This document shows, piece by piece, positions 27,551 to 37,218 of a DNA stretch of 64,000 nt. The notes beneath the pieces are model-generated. The model saw nothing but the letters and a program-made list of their open reading frames with translations. It searched no databases and was not told the DNA's origin. Positions within the stretch are counted from its first letter, which is position 1, and the number at the start of each line of letters is the position of its first letter. The stretch lies in assembly GCA_002721815.1 (NCBI GenBank), contig PBLQ01000021.1, positions 65,460 to 129,459 of the forward strand. Reading direction: 5' to 3'. The stretch is from Myxococcales bacterium. GTDB lineage: Bacteria > Myxococcota > UBA727 > GCA-2721815. The translations under genes were made by a program, and so were the position numbers.

Positions 27551-29562
27551 TCCTTTTCTGGCGGTGATTTGGGGGCGGTGAGTCGCATTTGAAAGGGGGC
27601 CAGCGGTTTTTCTTGTTCCCGCATGGCGTCGAGGAGCCTTACGCCACTTTTAGGCTTTGCCTCTTCTTCTTTGGGTTGTTGGGGTTGAGGCGCTTTCTTG
27701 TCTTTATCTTTGTCGCCTTTGTTTTTCTCATCTTCAGGCTGTGGCTGCTCTTGTTTGTTTTTGTCTTCTTTTTGATCAGCGTCATCAGCGTTTGAACCTT
27801 CTTGCTGCTGTTTCTCATCTTGGTTCTGTTCCTGATTCTGTTCTTGGTTTTGTTCGTCCTTGTTGTCTTGGTTCTCACCCGGCTCTTGCTGCTGGTCTTG
27901 TTGTTGTTCCTGTTGTTGTTCTTGCTGCTCTTTCATTTGAAGGGCCCGCAACAAATTCTTTTTGGCTCTTTCGTTGTTGATTTGCGCTACCAATGCGTCC
28001 CGGTATGCCTCAATGGCCCCTTCCAGATCTTGTTGTAAAAGACGAGCATTCCCCAAGCCCAGGGCCGCTTCGGATCTGATTTGGGGAACATGAGAGAGCC
28101 CGTAGGCATTTTGAAACGCTTGTTCTGCGCCGGCGAGAATGGCGGTGGCGTCGGTCTCAGCTTCAGGGTCGGGTAGGGGCGTAGGGGCTGGCGCGTTCGG
28201 GTTTGCCCCTGCGGCCGGGTTTTGCGCTTGTTGTTGGCTTTGGACTTGGGCTGCGCCTTGGGCCAACAGGGTAAAGGCGCGGTTGTACGCCTTGATGGCC
28301 CTTTGCGGGCGGGTCTGACCCGGTGCATTTTCGAAATGGGTTAAAGCGCTTTCATAATCCTGAGACTTCAAAGCCTGGATGCCCGCTTCGATTTGGGGTT
28401 CAGGGCGAAGAAAAATGGACTCTTTTTCGGGAGCAGGCTGGGCGTTGGCTGAGGTGGAGAGCAACCCCAGGGCCACGAACAGGAGTAGTTGTTTGGCTTG
28501 AGCATGAGCCATCCGTCCTCCAGGAGACAAGGCGGTGGCCAAAAGCCAAAATAAGAGCGCCAACCCCAAAGGCCACATGAAGCGATCCACGTAGAAGGTT
28601 TGGACGCGCGCTTGGAGTTCTTGCTTCTCAAGATTGCCCACCAAGCTTTCTACGTAGGAAAGACCGAGGTCGGGTTCTGATAAGCCATCGATGTATTTGC
28701 CTTTGCTTTTTTCCGCCAAACTTCGAAGCATGGGGGCATTGAGGCGGGTCATCACCGTTTGACCGTTTTTATTTTTTAAGTAGCCGGCCATTTGGCCCGA
28801 CTCATTTTTGAGGGGAATGGGCTCTCCTAATTCAGAGCCCAGCCCAATGACCACCGAGGCGATATTGGCCTTCTTGAGGGTGGCTCCTAATTCGTCGGTG
28901 GCACCCTCGTGGTCTTCTCCATCTGTGATCAGGACCAGGATGCGACCACTTTTACGGTCTTCGTCTTGCACCATGGCTTGGGCTTCAAAAAGCCGTAGGC
29001 TGGTTTGAATGCCTTCCGACAGGGCCGTACCACCTTGGGGCATGAGTTCAGGCGACAGTGCCTGTAAGAATGTTTTAATGGCTTCCATATCGGTGGTGAG
29101 GGGGCACTGCACAAAGGCAGTCCCTGCAAAGGCCACAATGCCCACTCGATTTTCTCCGATCTGTTCTAAAAATGAGGCGATTTCAAACTGAGCGCGCGAC
29201 AAGCGATCGGGACGGACGTCTTGGGCACGCATGGATTTAGACACGTCGATGGCAAACACCACATCGAGCCCTTGTCTTGGGCGCATCTCGGTTTCTGAGC
29301 CGATCAGAGGCCCGGTGAGGGCCAAGACCACAAAGAACACCGATAGCATCGATAAAAGTCGCCGGAGAAAACGGCGTTGTGGTGAAAAGAAGACGAGCAT
29401 GGGTTTGAGCGTTTCAAATTGCCCCAAGACTGCTAACTTTTGCACAATGGTTTTTTCTTCGCGTCGTGCCAGTACAAAGAGCAGCAGCGGAAAAACCAAA
29501 AAGACAAAAGCCAGTGAAAAAGCAAAATTCAAAACGAACGTCCTATGGCAGTGACGACCCAC
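27544..29562 (-). CDS. BatB/BatC-like fusion: N-terminal TM + von Willebrand A domain + TPR repeats + long Q/E/K low-complexity tail
   Basis: 'VVFAIDVSKSMRAQD...ALSEGIQ...ILVLITDGEDH' matches the vWA MIDAS pattern. TPR-like helices follow. C-terminal 'QQEQQQEQQQDQQQEPGENQDNKDEQNQEQNQ...KDKDKDKK'. Confidence 0.65.
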   Translation of the reverse strand: MGRHCHRTFVLNFAFSLAFVFLVFPLLLFVLARREEKTIVQKLAVLGQFETLKPMLVFFSPQRRFLRRLLSMLSVFFVVLALTGPLIGSETEMRPRQGLDVVFAIDVSKSMRAQDVRPDRLSRAQFEIASFLEQIGENRVGIVAFAGTAFVQCPLTTDMEAIKTFLQALSPELMPQGGTALSEGIQTSLRLFEAQAMVQDEDRKSGRILVLITDGEDHEGATDELGATLKKANIASVVIGLGSELGEPIPLKNESGQMAGYLKNKNGQTVMTRLNAPMLRSLAEKSKGKYIDGLSEPDLGLSYVESLVGNLEKQELQARVQTFYVDRFMWPLGLALLFWLLATALSPGGRMAHAQAKQLLLFVALGLLSTSANAQPAPEKESIFLRPEPQIEAGIQALKSQDYESALTHFENAPGQTRPQRAIKAYNRAFTLLAQGAAQVQSQQQAQNPAAGANPNAPAPTPLPDPEAETDATAILAGAEQAFQNAYGLSHVPQIRSEAALGLGNARLLQQDLEGAIEAYRDALVAQINNERAKKNLLRALQMKEQQEQQQEQQQDQQQEPGENQDNKDEQNQEQNQEQNQDEKQQQEGSNADDADQKEDKNKQEQPQPEDEKNKGDKDKDKKAPQPQQPKEEEAKPKSGVRLLDAMREQEKPLAPFQMRLTAPKSPPEKDW
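27690..27960. repeat. coding low-complexity (CAG/GAA-rich) tract encoding the Q/E/K tail of the BatB/C-like protein
   Basis: Runs of cttgttg/ctgttc-type trinucleotide repeats on the plus strand, within the minus-strand ORF. Confidence 0.6.
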
Positions 29563-30598
29563 GGGTGGTCAGCAACGCTTGCCCGCCGAAGAGCAGCATT
29601 AAAGCGAAGAGTAAGAAAAGTGGATAAAGATCAATGCGCTTGCGTGAAGGTGCGGCGCCTTCCAATACGGATTGGTCCATGGCTGCGAGAATTTCTTGGA
29701 GTGAAGTTTCCAGTTCTCTGGGGGCCGTGGCGGAGAAAAAATTACCATCACTGGTCTTGGCCATGCGTTGCAGTAAGCTGGGGTTGGTGGGCCACTCCAC
29801 TTCTTGGTATCGTTCTCGTCCAAACATGTCTTTGCCTACGGGATAGGGGACTTTGCCACCTTTGCCCACCAGGATTGAAAATATTTGAATCTCAAACGCT
29901 TTGGCCAATTCCGCCGCTTTGAGTGGGTCAATGGACCCGGCATTGTTATCCCCATCGGTGATCAAGATAAGGGCCTTCCCTTTGGCTTTACTTTCACGAA
30001 GTCGATTGACCCCGGTGGCGGTGGCGTCTCCGATGGCGGTTCCATCTTCGATCACACCCGTACGAATGCCGTCTAAGATTTCGGCCAACATCTCTTTGTC
30101 ATGGGTGAGGGGGGATTGGGTGTAAGCTTGACCCGCAAAGACCACCAAACCAATGCGGTCGGAGCGTCGGGTGAGCAGGTGCTTTTTGATAATGGATTTG
30201 GCAACGTTCAGGCGATCTTTGGGTTTGAAGTCTGCCGCTTTCATAGAGCCACTAACGTCGAGAACCACCACCATATCGATGCCTTCGGTTTCACTGGGGG
30301 CAGGTGGTGCCAAAATGCGTGGACGGGCCAAAGTGATCACCAACAAAAGCCCTCCCATCCACCAAAAGGTGCGGCCCAAATGAAAGAAATAGAGATTGCG
30401 ACCCTTGGGCAGTCGCTTCATGAGGTCCATTCGTGGAAAACCCAAATGGGCACGACGGCTGAGGTCCGCAAATTGCCTGATCACCACCAGCAACCAAGGA
30501 ATGAGCAGCAACAGAAGCCACGGGTTGTCCAAGACCAAGTCATTGATCCCACCTTCTTGCAGCCCACTCAAGGCGTTGTTGAGACCTTCCCAATTCAT
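29543..30598 (-). CDS. BatA-like membrane von Willebrand A protein
   Basis: Two N-terminal TM helices. 'MVVVLDVSGSMKAAD...GTAIGDA...ALILITDGDNN' matches the vWA MIDAS pattern. Confidence 0.7.
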   Translation of the reverse strand: MNWEGLNNALSGLQEGGINDLVLDNPWLLLLLIPWLLVVIRQFADLSRRAHLGFPRMDLMKRLPKGRNLYFFHLGRTFWWMGGLLLVITLARPRILAPPAPSETEGIDMVVVLDVSGSMKAADFKPKDRLNVAKSIIKKHLLTRRSDRIGLVVFAGQAYTQSPLTHDKEMLAEILDGIRTGVIEDGTAIGDATATGVNRLRESKAKGKALILITDGDNNAGSIDPLKAAELAKAFEIQIFSILVGKGGKVPYPVGKDMFGRERYQEVEWPTNPSLLQRMAKTSDGNFFSATAPRELETSLQEILAAMDQSVLEGAAPSRKRIDLYPLFLLFALMLLFGGQALLTTRGSSLP

Positions 30599-31602
30599 GC
30601 GGCCTCCTCTACGGGTTCTTCTTTGGTGGCCAAGATCAAAGCTTTAACTTGATTGGCAAAACTGTGAGCGTTTTGTGGAGGGATTTCGGCTTTGGCAAAT
30701 TTCACCAAGTCGGTGGTTTCTAAAATGTCCTTCACCAACTGAACGTTTAAGCCTGCATCTGAAATCTTTAAGAGGTCCGCCACCAGTTCTCGGGTGGTGT
30801 GTTTTTCAGCAGGGAAGTCATACCGGCCCTCCAAATAGGATCGTAGAATGTCGTTCATGAGGACGGTGACGAACGTTTTGACTTCCCCTTTTTCTAAATG
30901 CCCTTCAGCCATCAGTCGTTCAAGCCTTTCCAAGGCGACGACATGTGGAGGGATGGCAGGGGTTGCGGGTTGTTGTTCGACCAAGGCTTTGGGCAGTTCG
31001 GGAAGTCGGCGACGCATCATGAACCACAAAAAGAGCAATAAGCATACCAGTGTGGTGGCGGCAAACGTTCCAAAGACATAAGGGCGTTCATCTGAAACCA
31101 TAAAAACAAAAGGACCGGCATGCCCTTCAAAACCTTTTTCTTGCTCTTCTTTAGAGGGTGGGGGGACGGGGCGCTGGGCCAGCGCCATGGGGTCAATGAT
31201 CAAGGGCTCGTCCAAGTTGGTGGGCACTTCAATGCGAGGGGTGTCAATGTCCTTGAGGTCTAAGGGCAGAAGCGGGATACGCCAAACTTCCTGGATAAAA
31301 GCGAGCCCAGCATCGGCTCCTAACGTTTTTCTTTGGTATTGAATGGGACCCACAGCACGGAGGTTGTCTTGCGTTGGGAGCTCTTTGGGGAAGTTGAGCT
31401 GAATATGCGGGAGGTGTTTGACCGTGATCACCAACAAAACGGGCTTGCCAAATTCTGCGGTGGCAGGTTCTTGGTGAAGCGTGAGTGTGAAGTCTCGACT
31501 GGGCCCAGTTCCATCGGTTAACACGCCGCCATCCAAGGCTTGCCCTGGATGCGCAGTGAGGGCGGTGAGCCAAAAGACGATGAAGAGGGACAGACGCATC
31601 AT
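30595..31602 (-). CDS. hypothetical single-pass membrane protein of the MoxR/Bat operon (DUF4381-like architecture)
   Basis: Signal peptide, a central TM 'FGTFAATTLVCLLLFLWFMM' and a helical cytoplasmic tail. Operon position matches the usual unknown membrane component. Confidence 0.45.
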   Translation of the reverse strand: MMRLSLFIVFWLTALTAHPGQALDGGVLTDGTGPSRDFTLTLHQEPATAEFGKPVLLVITVKHLPHIQLNFPKELPTQDNLRAVGPIQYQRKTLGADAGLAFIQEVWRIPLLPLDLKDIDTPRIEVPTNLDEPLIIDPMALAQRPVPPPSKEEQEKGFEGHAGPFVFMVSDERPYVFGTFAATTLVCLLLFLWFMMRRRLPELPKALVEQQPATPAIPPHVVALERLERLMAEGHLEKGEVKTFVTVLMNDILRSYLEGRYDFPAEKHTTRELVADLLKISDAGLNVQLVKDILETTDLVKFAKAEIPPQNAHSFANQVKALILATKEEPVEEAA

Positions 31603-32555
31603 GTGGTCATTCCTCCGCTGCCCCGAGATAATAAACGGACCATGGTTTTAGGCACATCTTCCCGTTGCAGGACGGTCGCATGATCCAAACCAAAGCGACG
31701 AAAGGTTTGTCGAATGTGCGCCCGCTCTCGTTGCACCATCAGGGCGAATTGGCGTTGGCCATCTGGCGCGCTGGTGTCTACAAAATGGGTTTGTCCGCTT
31801 TCTGGATCGAAGAGCCGAATGAGCCCCACGTTGGGAAATTCGTGTTCGCGGGGGTCGGCCAGTTCCACCATCATGACATCGTGCCTTTTACCCAAGGTGC
31901 GCAGTGGCTTTTCGTAGGAGGTCACGGGTTGCTCTGGGGTTTGGAAGTCGCTCAAAATGGCCACGATGGCCCGTTGTTTTGATAGCGCGGAAAGGGTTTT
32001 GGTGGCCAAGGCCAAATCTGTTTTTTGTCCTTTGGGTTCAACCGACAAAATATCGCGCAAAATGCGCATCACATGGCCGCGTCCCTTTTGTGGGCGTACC
32101 AAACGCTCCACGCGATCGGTGAAGAGCAGCAAGCCCACCTTGTCATTGTTGCGCAAGGCGGAAAAGGCGAGCATGGCCGCTGCTTCTGTGGCCATTTGTC
32201 GTTTCGAGGCAGCGCCGGAACCAAACGACATGGAGCCAGAGAGATCGACGGCCAAAATGAGGGTGAGTTCCCGTTCTTCAGCGAAGACTTTGACGTGCAG
32301 ATCACCGGTGCGTGCGGTGGTGTTCCAATCCACATGACGCGGATCGTCCCCTGGGACATAAGCCCGGCTTTCCTCAAAAGCCATTCCTCGGCCTTTGAAT
32401 TTCGTGTGGTAAGCGCCGGAGGCTTGGTTGTTCACCATTTTTCGGGTGGACAACTCCAACTGTCGTACCCGCTTGAGCAGGGCGCGCAGTTCTTCCTTGG
32501 CTTCCGATTCGCTTTCCACCAGCGCTTTGCTGCGAAATAAAAGTGGCGTTTTCAT
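31599..32555 (-). CDS. DUF58 family protein (MoxR-associated, vWA-like)
   Basis: 'DPRHVDWNTTARTGDLHVKVFAEERELTLILAVDLSGSMSFG' DUF58 hallmark. Confidence 0.75.
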   Translation of the reverse strand: MKTPLLFRSKALVESESEAKEELRALLKRVRQLELSTRKMVNNQASGAYHTKFKGRGMAFEESRAYVPGDDPRHVDWNTTARTGDLHVKVFAEERELTLILAVDLSGSMSFGSGAASKRQMATEAAAMLAFSALRNNDKVGLLLFTDRVERLVRPQKGRGHVMRILRDILSVEPKGQKTDLALATKTLSALSKQRAIVAILSDFQTPEQPVTSYEKPLRTLGKRHDVMMVELADPREHEFPNVGLIRLFDPESGQTHFVDTSAPDGQRQFALMVQRERAHIRQTFRRFGLDHATVLQREDVPKTMVRLLSRGSGGMTT

Positions 32556-32563
32556 AAATGGGT

Positions 32564-33580
32564 CTAAGGCACAGGGACCGCTTCAAAGAGGCGTTGAACC
32601 ACTTCATCGTGTTTCACTTCTTCGGCTTCGGCCTCAAAGGTGAGATGCACACGGTGACGCAAAACATCCAGACCGATGGCCTTGATATCGTCGGGGGTGA
32701 CATAGCCGCGATGTTGCAAAAATGCATGGGCTCTGGCGGCGGTGGCCAACGCCAAGGTGGCTCGAGGTGACGCCCCGTATTGGATGTAAGGTTCGATATC
32801 GGACAAACCCACCGTTTGGGGTTCACGGGACGCGAATACCAAATCCACAATGTATTTTTTAATCTTTTCGTCGATATAAATATTGCGAGTCACTTCGCTG
32901 GCGCGCTTGAGTTCCTCGGGGCCGATGATGTCCTGGGCCACCACCGGGTTGCCTTCGGTGAAACGCTCCATGATGGTTCTTTCCTCGGCGCGCGTGGGGT
33001 AGCCCACGTGTACCTTGAGCATGAAACGATCCATTTGGGCTTCGGGCAAAGGGTATGTGCCTTCTTGCTCCACCGGGTTTTGTGTGGCCATGACAAAGAA
33101 AGGCCAAGGCAGTTCAAACGTTTTACGCCCCAACGTCACTTTGCGTTCTTGCATGGCCTCTAAAAGTGCCGACTGCACCTTGGCGGGCGCGCGGTTAATT
33201 TCGTCGGCCAAGAGCAGGTTGGACATGATGGGGCCCACGCGTTCTTCAAACACGCGCTTTTCGGGATCCCAAATGGAGGTGCCCGTGAGATCAGAGGGGA
33301 GCAAATCGGGGGTGAATTGCACCCGTTTAAAATCCAAACGCAGGACTTGAGACAGGGTGGTCAGGGTCAGGGTTTTTGCCAAGCCCGGAACGCCTTCTAA
33401 AAGAACGTGGCCGCCTGCCAACAGGCCAATGAGCACCCGTTCCACCATGTGGCGTTGGCCAACGATGACTTTTTGAACTTCATTGATCACCGAATCCACG
33501 AAAGCACTTTCTTCACGTACTTTTTGGGTGAGGCCGGCGATATCTAAGGACGATTGCGAATTAGTGTGTTGTGCTTCCAT
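32564..33580 (-). CDS. MoxR-family AAA+ ATPase
   Basis: 'GHVLLEGVPGLAKT' Walker A, 'LLADEINRAPAKVQSALLEAMQE' sensor and Walker B. About 338 aa, typical of MoxR. Confidence 0.85.
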   Translation of the reverse strand: MEAQHTNSQSSLDIAGLTQKVREESAFVDSVINEVQKVIVGQRHMVERVLIGLLAGGHVLLEGVPGLAKTLTLTTLSQVLRLDFKRVQFTPDLLPSDLTGTSIWDPEKRVFEERVGPIMSNLLLADEINRAPAKVQSALLEAMQERKVTLGRKTFELPWPFFVMATQNPVEQEGTYPLPEAQMDRFMLKVHVGYPTRAEERTIMERFTEGNPVVAQDIIGPEELKRASEVTRNIYIDEKIKKYIVDLVFASREPQTVGLSDIEPYIQYGASPRATLALATAARAHAFLQHRGYVTPDDIKAIGLDVLRHRVHLTFEAEAEEVKHDEVVQRLFEAVPVP

Positions 33581-33727
33581 AAGACCTAGAAAAGAAACAG
33601 AAATTACAGAAATTGCAAGGGGGGAGTCGGGAATTGGCGGTGTTAAAAAAAGCCACCAGGCCCATTGAAAAATTCTGATATTTTGGCAATTTAGCCCTCT
33701 TAAGACCCAGACTCAAAGGAAATAAAG

Positions 33728-34456
33728 ATGGTGCTCGGACTGTTTGGCGGTAACAAGCCCACCCAAAAGAACATTGAAAAGCAGGTGGCAAAACTCAAAG
33801 AGCGTTTTGCCCAAAACGATTTTCGGCGCATGGCCATGGACAAATTGCTCGAATGGGGCACCCCGGAAGCTTACGATGGTTTGCTCAAACGGTTCACCAT
33901 GGTGGCGCAATCGCCCCACTGGGATGAGATTGAGAAGAAATGGCTGGTAGATACGCTGGTGCAAAACGGCGCGCCCGCCAAAGAAGCGTTGGTGCGTTTC
34001 ATCAACACCGAAAACCAAGTCACCTTTGCGTGCCGTGCCTTGGCTAAAACCTCCAGCCAAGAAGAATTGGTGCAGTACGTGGTCGATGCTCTGGGGCACC
34101 GATCGCCCGAAGAGCTGCGCTCTGAGCAGGGCAAAAAAGAGCTCATTCACGTGCTCGATGAAAACCCGGACCCGCGCGTGGGCGAAGCGGTTTTGCCTTT
34201 TCTGAATGACCATTCTGACGATGTGCAATGCGCAGCCATAGATGTGGTAAAAAACCAAAAGATCACCGACGGCTACGAGGCACTTCAGAATTTGTTGGTG
34301 GATGAACTGAGTTCGGCCCGGGTGCAACGCTACGCAGCGGCTGCCGTGGTTGAGTTGGAGTTGGACATCAACGAGGACAAGGACTTGGCGCCGGCGGTTT
34401 TAGAAGACTATGCTGTTAAAGACGGCCGACTGGCCTTGAACCGTCCCTCAGCCTAG
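33728..34456 (+). CDS. HEAT/PBS-lyase-like repeat protein
   Basis: Repeated about 30-aa helical hairpins with 'D...VR..A..AL' spacing. Divergent from the moxR operon. Confidence 0.5.
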   Translation: MVLGLFGGNKPTQKNIEKQVAKLKERFAQNDFRRMAMDKLLEWGTPEAYDGLLKRFTMVAQSPHWDEIEKKWLVDTLVQNGAPAKEALVRFINTENQVTFACRALAKTSSQEELVQYVVDALGHRSPEELRSEQGKKELIHVLDENPDPRVGEAVLPFLNDHSDDVQCAAIDVVKNQKITDGYEALQNLLVDELSSARVQRYAAAAVVELELDINEDKDLAPAVLEDYAVKDGRLALNRPSA

Positions 34457-35490
34457 TGCGCGCGTTTTCGTCGCCACAGCAAAAAGATCGCCAATAAGCC
34501 GGCCCACGAAATAAAAACGGGGCTGGACTTACACGAGGAGACCACACTCGGTGGGAGATCTTTACCGGTATCTTCCATCTGGGGGTTGAGCTGAACGTTT
34601 TCTTCGATGCTGTTATCTGCCTGATCGGTGGGTTCTTCAGGGGTGCTTTGGGAATCGCCTTCGGGGTCATCCTCGGGGGGATCTTCTGGGTCTACCACCG
34701 GGTCATCAACGGGGATGGCGCTCGAATCATCGTCGAGGGAGACGGCCGCATCTTGCGTTTCAGTTTCGTCGCATTCGGGATCTTCTTCACAAGGCACGTC
34801 TTCGAGGCATTCTCCTTCTGCCACAGCAAAGCCGATGTCCATGCCGTAGTAAAACCGCAAAATGTCCTCGTATCCCCACCCCGCATCGGACAAGCAGTCG
34901 CTGCCGTTTTGTGACATACAGCCCCGATTGGCGAGGTTGGCTTCATTGATCCAGCCAAGGCTGGTTTGCTCTACATCATCACCGTAAAATCCCCAGTTGT
35001 AGGTGACGTAATGTTCGGTGTTGAAATCTTCAGGGTCATCAGCGGTAGCCACACAATTGATTTGGTCAGAGGGGTGTGCACCGGCCACGTAAAAGGTGGA
35101 TACCTGTGTTTCTTGGTACACCAGATGGATGCCCGCGGTGTCGGCCACTGCATCATAATGAATTTGGGAGGGGTAGCGCCCACAAGAATAGACTTGGTCA
35201 CTTTGACCGTCTGCGATTTGTCCGTAGTTGATGATTTTATAGTAGAGGTAAGAACGAGCTGCCACGGCTTGGGCTTTGAGCGCTTCATAGGAGGCATTCC
35301 CGTTTTCACATTTGATCACATGGGGAAGGTAATCGAGTTCGATGTCCACACCTTCGGTGCCGATGACCGGCGCATCGCAAGGGGCCTCCAATGCAAACTG
35401 TGCTTTTTCGGGCGGTGTGAGCGTCATCCAAGCACTTGGATCACAAGCGCTGGTGCCCATCACCATCAGCATGAAAAAAACAGTCCGCAT
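34453..35490 (-). CDS. secreted SpoIID/LytB-domain protein with acidic linker and C-terminal Cys + TM + RRKR tail (MYXO-CTERM-like sorting signal)
   Basis: 'YEALKAQAVAARSYLYY' and 'ILRFYYG' match SpoIID/LytB signature blocks. C-terminal '...SSCKSSPVFISWAGLLAIFLLWRRKRAH'. Confidence 0.6.
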   Translation of the reverse strand: MRTVFFMLMVMGTSACDPSAWMTLTPPEKAQFALEAPCDAPVIGTEGVDIELDYLPHVIKCENGNASYEALKAQAVAARSYLYYKIINYGQIADGQSDQVYSCGRYPSQIHYDAVADTAGIHLVYQETQVSTFYVAGAHPSDQINCVATADDPEDFNTEHYVTYNWGFYGDDVEQTSLGWINEANLANRGCMSQNGSDCLSDAGWGYEDILRFYYGMDIGFAVAEGECLEDVPCEEDPECDETETQDAAVSLDDDSSAIPVDDPVVDPEDPPEDDPEGDSQSTPEEPTDQADNSIEENVQLNPQMEDTGKDLPPSVVSSCKSSPVFISWAGLLAIFLLWRRKRAH

Positions 35491-35689
35491 TTGAATACTC
35501 CTCGAAGGGTCTCACATGAGTTTAGCCTTGCGATATATTTGCCACAAAAAAAAAAGAACCAAAAGGGCCATTGGGCGGGTCACCCGGTGTTTTTTCGAGG
35601 AATAGCCCATGGCCTACAATTGTTAATTAATCGTTTAAATTCATTGAGATGCCCCATTCGATGGGTTAGGGCTGGAAGTTGGAGGCGAA

Positions 35690-37210
35690 ATGCGAGGGAT
35701 ACAAAACATTAAGCTCATTGGGGCGGCAATGGCCCTCTTCTTGAGCGTACCATCTGTGGCGCAAAACCAGCCCATTCGGGTGTTGCAGTCACAGGGAGAT
35801 CTCAGCGAGATCAGCCTCCATGAGGCGGTCAAAGAAGCGCTTTCAAAAAATGAAGATCTGGTGATCGCGGACGAAAACATCACCCAGCAAAACTACGCAG
35901 CGCTGGAGACTTGGTCCTATTTGCTGCCCACTTGGACCATTAGTGGCCAGAAACAATACAACTCCCCTGAGCAAACCGTCGAATTTCAGTCGGCCGAGCA
36001 GCTGGAAAACCAAGCCCTTCTGTACGATTCCATCGCGGAGATGATGGAGCAAAACGCCGCGATGATTCCTGATCCCTCAACTCAGGCGGATCTGCAAGAA
36101 CAAGCAGAAGGCTTGAGGGATGTTTCAACAGAGTTGCGGAGTACAGACGTTGAACCCACGGTCATCACGCCCGCAGAGGTCTTCAATGCGGATACCACCC
36201 TTCGCGTGCCGTTGTTCAACGGTCGTGCCTTTCCGGCGCTTCGCAATGCGTACAGCCGGCTCGACATTGCTCATTTATCCAAAGAGCAAATGCGCCAAGG
36301 CATCGCCCAAGCCACGGTCATGGCCTACTACATGGCGTGGCTCAGCCAAGAAAATTTGGAAAGTGCCCGTCGGCAACTCACGCGGTCCCAAGAACACGTG
36401 GCGGCCACTCAGCGTCGGGTGGACGCAGGCATCTTACCCATCAGTAATCTGCACCGTGCCAACTTAGAAGCCATCCAGGCCGATCAAGGCGTGAAAGAAG
36501 CTGTGAACCGTTTGGCGCAAAGTAAGGGCGCGCTGGGCTTCGTCATGGGGCGGGAAAACGATTTCAACTTGCAAGAGCCCCAGGTGGTGAGCGACGCAAT
36601 TATTGAAGAAGAAAAAACGCTGATCGAACGCGCCATGAAACAGAGACCTGATGTTAAAATTCAAAGGGTGTCTCTCATCATGAGCGAACGTTTGCGCCAC
36701 GATGCATGGTTGCGATTTTTACCCTCTTTCAATTTGGTGGCACAAACCCGTTACACCGACAACACAGCAGGGTTCATCAGCGAGCCCTACAACAGCACCG
36801 TGACGGTCCAAGGCTCTTTCACCCTCTTTGAGGGCGGGCAGCGCTTCATGTCACTTCAGAGTTCAGCCTCGCGGATTCGTCAGGAACGTACCAAGCTTGA
36901 AAAATTACAAAGGGACGTCCGCGCGCAGCTTCGTGCCATGATCAAAGATATCGAAACCAAAAAAGAGGTGTACGCCCAAGCGGTCGCGGCCAAAAAGATG
37001 GCGGAGAAGACCCGCAATAACGTGGTCCATACCCAGATGTCGGGTTTAGCCACCCAGCTAGAAGTTCTAGACGCCAACCATGCTCTCTTTTTGTCGGAGT
37101 TGCGGCAAACCCAAGCGCGGTTGCAGCTGGATTTGGCGTTTTGGGCTTTAAGAGACGCACAAGGCAACTTGGTGGGTGAGTTTTCTGATAACGCGGCCAA
37201 GGCGAAGTAG
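35690..37210 (+). CDS. TolC-family outer-membrane efflux protein
   Basis: Signal peptide. Two internally repeated halves with long coiled helices and the leucine/Ala-rich periodicity of the OEP family. Confidence 0.65.
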   Translation: MRGIQNIKLIGAAMALFLSVPSVAQNQPIRVLQSQGDLSEISLHEAVKEALSKNEDLVIADENITQQNYAALETWSYLLPTWTISGQKQYNSPEQTVEFQSAEQLENQALLYDSIAEMMEQNAAMIPDPSTQADLQEQAEGLRDVSTELRSTDVEPTVITPAEVFNADTTLRVPLFNGRAFPALRNAYSRLDIAHLSKEQMRQGIAQATVMAYYMAWLSQENLESARRQLTRSQEHVAATQRRVDAGILPISNLHRANLEAIQADQGVKEAVNRLAQSKGALGFVMGRENDFNLQEPQVVSDAIIEEEKTLIERAMKQRPDVKIQRVSLIMSERLRHDAWLRFLPSFNLVAQTRYTDNTAGFISEPYNSTVTVQGSFTLFEGGQRFMSLQSSASRIRQERTKLEKLQRDVRAQLRAMIKDIETKKEVYAQAVAAKKMAEKTRNNVVHTQMSGLATQLEVLDANHALFLSELRQTQARLQLDLAFWALRDAQGNLVGEFSDNAAKAK

Positions 37211-37218
37211 GAGCCTGT

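Noticed and set aside
27589-28038. Plus-strand ORFs 27589..27795, 27657..27980 and 27802..28038 encoding poly-Leu/Phe peptides
   Set aside because: They are antisense translations of the Q/E/K low-complexity tail of the BatB/C-like gene. They are composition artefacts.
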